A stretch of 64,000 nt of DNA from Desulfomonilia bacterium (lineage in GTDB: Bacteria > Desulfobacterota > Desulfomonilia > UBA1062), in the NCBI GenBank assembly GCA_050014195.1, contig JBEKDT010000011.1:96001-160000 (forward strand). The letters are read 5' to 3'. The position numbers and the translations under genes are program-made. Below are positions 59,689 to 64,000 of this stretch, in pieces. Position 1 is the first letter of the stretch, and the number at the start of each line of letters is the position of its first letter. The notes under the pieces were generated by a model. It saw nothing but the letters and a program-made list of their open reading frames with translations. It made no database searches and was not told where the DNA came from.

Positions 59689-59922
59689 CTATTCACTCCG
59701 GTATCTGCGCAGTATCTCCTCAATCTTGTCCTTGCCTTGCAGCTTGAGCTTCTGGATTTCCTTGCGCCGAATCTCTTCTTCGGTGCTTAGGTATCTCCTC
59801 TTATTCAGCTGATCAAGCTTATCTTCATACCCTTGATGCTCATCCCAGAGCTTCTTCAGCTCCTTGTCTTTGGGGATGAGCTTACGAATCAGTTGCAGAT
59901 CCGTCTCTTCCATGTACTTCAC
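59689..59922 (-). CDS. DUF465/YdcH-like coiled-coil protein
   Basis: L.DEH...E.KL...YLS.EEE...K..KL.GKD.I; start may be 59913. Confidence 0.8.
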   Translation of the reverse strand: MKYMEETDLQLIRKLIPKDKELKKLWDEHQGYEDKLDQLNKRRYLSTEEEIRRKEIQKLKLQGKDKIEEILRRYRSE

Positions 59923-60171
59923 CCCTTATTTTGATGGTAAGGTACATCTAGACCATAGATAATCCAAGCTGTCAACAGATGGTTGCGCCTTTAAGAATGC
60001 GACTTTCCAGGGGTTCATGCCTCCGGCATGAACATATTTGAGATATGGATCACGGCCCTAGGTGCCCATATATCTTTTTTACTTTTTTATCCTTTTATAC
60101 CAATGAAACGGGGAAAGACCCAGATTAAAATTTATCAAGACGGCTATTAAAACATCCGATAAAGATTTTAA

Positions 60172-61389
60172 ATGGACATATATCTGGCCCGGCAACCCAT
60201 CTTTACGAGGAGCAAGGAGATCTATGCTTATGAACTCCTCTTTCGGGGAGGCATGCAGAACTATTTCCCCGGCATCGACGGCGACAGCGCTACCTCCCGT
60301 CTCTTATCCAACACCTTTTTCACTACCGGGGTTGAGCAGATCACGAGCGGTAAGAAGGCCTTCATAAATTTCACCAGAGAGCTCCTCGTTATAAAGATCC
60401 CCTTAATGTTCTCTTCCCTGATAACTACCATCGAAGTCCTCGAAGATGTGAAGCCCGATGCGCAGGTTATAGAATCTTGTACCGAGTTCTCACGGCAGGG
60501 TTATGTCATTGCATTGGATGATTTCGACTATATTCCCGATCTGGAACCACTTATTGATCTTGCGGATATCATCAAGATCGATTTCATGAAGAGCACAAAA
60601 CAACAGATAGAGGATTATTGCAGGCACTTTCTGGGTAAAGGCAAAAAGCTCCTTGCTGAAAAGGTGGAGACATCCCAAGAGTTCGAATATGCCCTGAAGA
60701 AGGGCTTTACCTATTTCCAAGGATACTTTTTCAGCAAACCCCAAGTCATAAAAGAGACCGAGATCCCGGCGATCAAAATGAACCTCATGAGAATCATGGG
60801 CGAGGCCAAAGATGACAACTTCAATGTCTTGAAACTGCAGAAACTTATCGAGCAGGATGTGGGCATCTCATATAAACTGCTTCGCTACCTCAACTCACCC
60901 TTTTTCAGGAGGCTCAATGAGATCTCTTCCATCCGCCAGGCCATTGTCATGCTTGGAGAAAAGGGACTCCGAAGTTTTCTTTCGGTTATCATACTCGCCG
61001 AGCTGAGCCAGGACAAGCCGGACGAGTTGATAAAAAGCTCGGTGATACGGGCCCGTATGTGTGAAAGAATCGGCATTGAAAAAAGCAACGGTCTTGACAC
61101 TGCCGAACTGTTCACCCTGGGCCTGTTTTCCCATGTTGATGCCATACTGGGCAACAGTATGGAAAATATCATGAAGAAGCTGCCGTTAACCCAGGACATT
61201 AAGAATACCCTTCTCGGCAAAAAAAACATCCTAAGCGACTATCTTGATCTTGCAGTGAGCTACCAGCATGCCTCATGGGAAAAGGTGAGCAGGCTTGCCG
61301 AAACCCTTAAGATATCCCATGAAAAGCTCCCCCGGATATACCTCGACGCCATTGGCTGGGCGGATTCAATCTTCTCAACAAATCAGTGA
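60172..61389 (+). CDS. EAL and HDOD domain protein (YuxH-like)
   Basis: ARQPIF...AYELLFR, AFINF, IALDDF, AEKVET, FQGYFFSKP; HDOD DVGISYKLLRYLNS. Confidence 0.9.
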   Translation: MDIYLARQPIFTRSKEIYAYELLFRGGMQNYFPGIDGDSATSRLLSNTFFTTGVEQITSGKKAFINFTRELLVIKIPLMFSSLITTIEVLEDVKPDAQVIESCTEFSRQGYVIALDDFDYIPDLEPLIDLADIIKIDFMKSTKQQIEDYCRHFLGKGKKLLAEKVETSQEFEYALKKGFTYFQGYFFSKPQVIKETEIPAIKMNLMRIMGEAKDDNFNVLKLQKLIEQDVGISYKLLRYLNSPFFRRLNEISSIRQAIVMLGEKGLRSFLSVIILAELSQDKPDELIKSSVIRARMCERIGIEKSNGLDTAELFTLGLFSHVDAILGNSMENIMKKLPLTQDIKNTLLGKKNILSDYLDLAVSYQHASWEKVSRLAETLKISHEKLPRIYLDAIGWADSIFSTNQ

Positions 61390-61425
61390 CTCATACATCC
61401 CTGTGCCCTGACCATAGAGGCATGA

Positions 61426-63519
61426 TTACCTTCCATCAAGTACCTTTCTAATGGTTTGAGCCAAGTCTCTAATCTCCATTGGTTTCATAATCAATTCTTG
61501 AGCGCCGAGCTCCTTTGCCTTTTCTTCCGTCATTTGTTCACTATATCCGGTGCAGAGGATAACAGGGATGTTGTGCCTGATCTTCAGCATCTCTTGAGCA
61601 AGCCTATCCCCTGACATGACGGGCATGATTATGTCGGTAATCACCAGATCAAACTGGTCGGGGTGTTTCCGGAAAAGATCGAGGGCCTCGATACTGCTTG
61701 TCCTGGTAACCACACGGTATCCCAGGTATCTTAAACCTTCTTTCACTGCCTTTCCCAGAATCTGCTCATCATCAATGAAAAGTAAGCGCTCGGTTCCATT
61801 CAGGCAAGACGTCCCGGATCGAGGCGCCGCTGCTTCTTTTTTGAATTCAATTTCAGGCAGATATATATCAATCGTGGTTCCTTCTCCCGGCATGCTCTTG
61901 CAGGTGATCGCCCCCTTGTGACTTTTTACAATCCCGTGCACAACCGATAGCCCCAGGCCGGTACCTCGGCCTTTCTCTTTGGTGGTAAAGTAAGGATCAA
62001 AAATCCGTTCCAGAACCTCAGGGGTCATGCCGTGTCCTGTATCACGTACAGAGAGCCTCAGATAAGGTCCGGGTGGCAGATCCAGAGCAAGGGCCTCGAC
62101 ACCTTCATGTACATCCACTTTATTCAAGCTTACGTCCAGCACACCTCCCCTCTCACCCATGGCATGGGCTGCATTGGAACAAAGGTTCATCACCACCTGA
62201 TGTATCTGTGTGGAGTCTGCCATAACCCGGCCATTTGCGGGCAGGTTCTGCCGGATCTCAATGGTCTTGGGTAGGATTGCACGCAGCATCTTGAGCGATT
62301 CCTTGACGGTGACGTCGAGCTTGAGTTGAATATATTCATGTTTGGTACGCCGGCTGAAGGCAAGAATCTGTTTCACGAGGTCTCTCGCACGGCTACTCAC
62401 TTTAAGTATCTCATCAATGTTTTTCCGCACCTTATCGGTTTCCGGGACAATATGTTTTCCCCCTTCCGCGTAAGCGATAATGGCGGAAAGGATATTATTG
62501 AAATCATGGGCAATGCCGCCGGCCAATGTACCCAGGGCCTCCATTTTCTGGGCTTGCATGAGTTGGGCTTCGAGCTTTTTTCTTTCTTCGTCGGTTTGTT
62601 TGCTCTCGGTGATGTCTTCAAGTGTTTCTATGGCGCCTACGAGATCTCCTGCAGTATTCCTGATAACAGCGGCGGTAAAACGAAGCCACTTACCTTTCCC
62701 CTTAAGCGATGGGAAAAAATCGATGGCTTCATAGGCCTCATTGATCAATTGAGATTTACTGAACTTGCCGGGATACCATTCGGGAATGGCTTCCAATGCC
62801 CCATCGACAATGAGATCGGCCATGCAGGGCCTTTTACTGTCATAGAAGGCCTTCCAATGGTCGCATGTGCCGACAATGTCCTCTGTTTTGATCCCGCTCA
62901 GGTGTTCCAAGGCCTCATTCCAGTAAATAACCCTGTGGTCTTTATCGATGACAAATGTGGAGATAGGTGAGCCATGGAGGATGATCTTAAGTCTCTGTTC
63001 GCTCTCTCGCAGGGCCTCTTCAGCCTGTTTGTGCCCGGTGATATCTCGGATGACGCCGTCATAGGAGATGAGGATCCCGCCCGGATCACGATGGAGCACC
63101 GGCGTATTGCTTACCCACCGCACACTACCATCCTTGCGCCTGATACGGTGCTCGATGGCGCCGACGTTTTTTCCCTCAAGAATCCGTGATGCATGATCCC
63201 GGACTATCTCCCTGTCTTCCTCCACAACCATGTTTAACCATAAAAAGGGGTCATTATTGAATTCCTCGGCAGTATATCCTGTCACGGTTTCGCAAACAGG
63301 GGTATGCAAGGTACGCACAGCAATGCCGTCTTCCACATGAACCGTGAAGATGTAATCCGTTATAGCCGAGGTTATCCGCCGGTACCGCTCTTCGCTCTCC
63401 TTGAGCGCCTCTTCCATCTGCCTGCTATCGAAGGTTGATTTTTCCAGTTCAGTGATCTGCAGGCGTGCTTCAGCCAACTCTTTTATGAGCTGATCTTTTG
63501 TTATCTCATCATCATTCAC
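61426..63519 (-). CDS. PAS-PAS hybrid sensor histidine kinase / receiver
   Basis: AGGIAHDFNN, NLCSNA, DTGHG, PYFTTK, GTGLGL; C-terminal REC (IDDE, TDIIMP, KP). Confidence 0.94.
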   Translation of the reverse strand: MNDDEITKDQLIKELAEARLQITELEKSTFDSRQMEEALKESEERYRRITSAITDYIFTVHVEDGIAVRTLHTPVCETVTGYTAEEFNNDPFLWLNMVVEEDREIVRDHASRILEGKNVGAIEHRIRRKDGSVRWVSNTPVLHRDPGGILISYDGVIRDITGHKQAEEALRESEQRLKIILHGSPISTFVIDKDHRVIYWNEALEHLSGIKTEDIVGTCDHWKAFYDSKRPCMADLIVDGALEAIPEWYPGKFSKSQLINEAYEAIDFFPSLKGKGKWLRFTAAVIRNTAGDLVGAIETLEDITESKQTDEERKKLEAQLMQAQKMEALGTLAGGIAHDFNNILSAIIAYAEGGKHIVPETDKVRKNIDEILKVSSRARDLVKQILAFSRRTKHEYIQLKLDVTVKESLKMLRAILPKTIEIRQNLPANGRVMADSTQIHQVVMNLCSNAAHAMGERGGVLDVSLNKVDVHEGVEALALDLPPGPYLRLSVRDTGHGMTPEVLERIFDPYFTTKEKGRGTGLGLSVVHGIVKSHKGAITCKSMPGEGTTIDIYLPEIEFKKEAAAPRSGTSCLNGTERLLFIDDEQILGKAVKEGLRYLGYRVVTRTSSIEALDLFRKHPDQFDLVITDIIMPVMSGDRLAQEMLKIRHNIPVILCTGYSEQMTEEKAKELGAQELIMKPMEIRDLAQTIRKVLDGR

Positions 63520-63563
63520 GTTTTATCTCCTGACATGAAACATGGGCGAACCCTTTTACTTAT

Positions 63564-64000
63564 CTATGCCTCTTGTTGCTCATCAAGAATTTTCCTGATC
63601 TTCTGAGAGAGTTCAGCCATGGTAAAGGGTTTCTGGATGAAGCCTTTGCATCCACTTTGCATGGTTTCCTCTGCCTGACCGTCAAGGCTGTAACCGCTCG
63701 ATAGCAGCACCCTGACGGAAGGGTCAAGCCGGTACAGGGCTTCAAAGGTTTCCTTACCGCCGTAATCAGGCATGATCATGTCGAGGATTACCAGATCAAT
63801 CTTGTCACGATTCTGCTCATAACTCTTAATACCCTGCCTCCCGCTGTTGGCTGTTATTACCTTGTAACCAAGACCATCGAGCATCTTGGAGCCGATATCC
63901 AGTATCATGGCTTCATCATCAATCAGAAGAACTGTTTCTTGTCCTTTCTGGAACTCGTCTTCTGACCTGTAATCGTACTCGACTTCTCTATTCGATGCGG
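63564..64000 (-). CDS. C-terminal receiver of another hybrid kinase, truncated by the window edge
   Basis: Frame extends upstream of 63908 through KGQETVLLIDDEA; LDMIMP, SSGYS, KPF. Confidence 0.85.
   Translation of the reverse strand, partial: ASNREVEYDYRSEDEFQKGQETVLLIDDEAMILDIGSKMLDGLGYKVITANSGRQGIKSYEQNRDKIDLVILDMIMPDYGGKETFEALYRLDPSVRVLLSSGYSLDGQAEETMQSGCKGFIQKPFTMAELSQKIRKILDEQQEA

Overview
This looks like an anaerobic Desulfobacterota-type (former Deltaproteobacteria) chromosome; that assignment is inferred from gene content. The window opens at the edge of an integrated element: a tyrosine integrase converges on the 3' end of tRNA-Pro(CGG). The rest is mostly housekeeping, redox and signalling genes: galT-like, pcm, hisH, lspA, queH, wrbA, acyl-CoA dehydrogenase-etfB-etfA, xth, arsC, a GldAFG-type ABC exporter, dinB, rnhA, and ilvB-ilvN-ilvC-psd-pssA-leuA-leuC-leuD followed by an asd-like gene. 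c-di-GMP and two-component genes are also present. Four loci stand out. (1) A W/Mo locus at 13.9-21.4 kb has a single-subunit molybdenum-storage-protein homologue co-transcribed with a 74-aa unknown protein, facing tupABC, an HTH-PBP (TaoR-like) regulator with a direct-repeat site, and a tupA remnant. (2) A calcineurin-like metallophosphoesterase is fused to a pol-beta nucleotidyltransferase. (3) An RxxxxH (HEPN-like) gene of about 414 codons is split by one in-frame amber codon. (4) A kinase-less Hpt-P2-CheW fusion lies near cheY/cheX-like genes. Intergenic heptamer repeats, REP-like palindromes and a sigma54/enhancer set upstream of a PEP-CTERM gene are also visible. No rRNA or CRISPR array was seen. 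All family calls come from motif recognition by eye, not from database searches.
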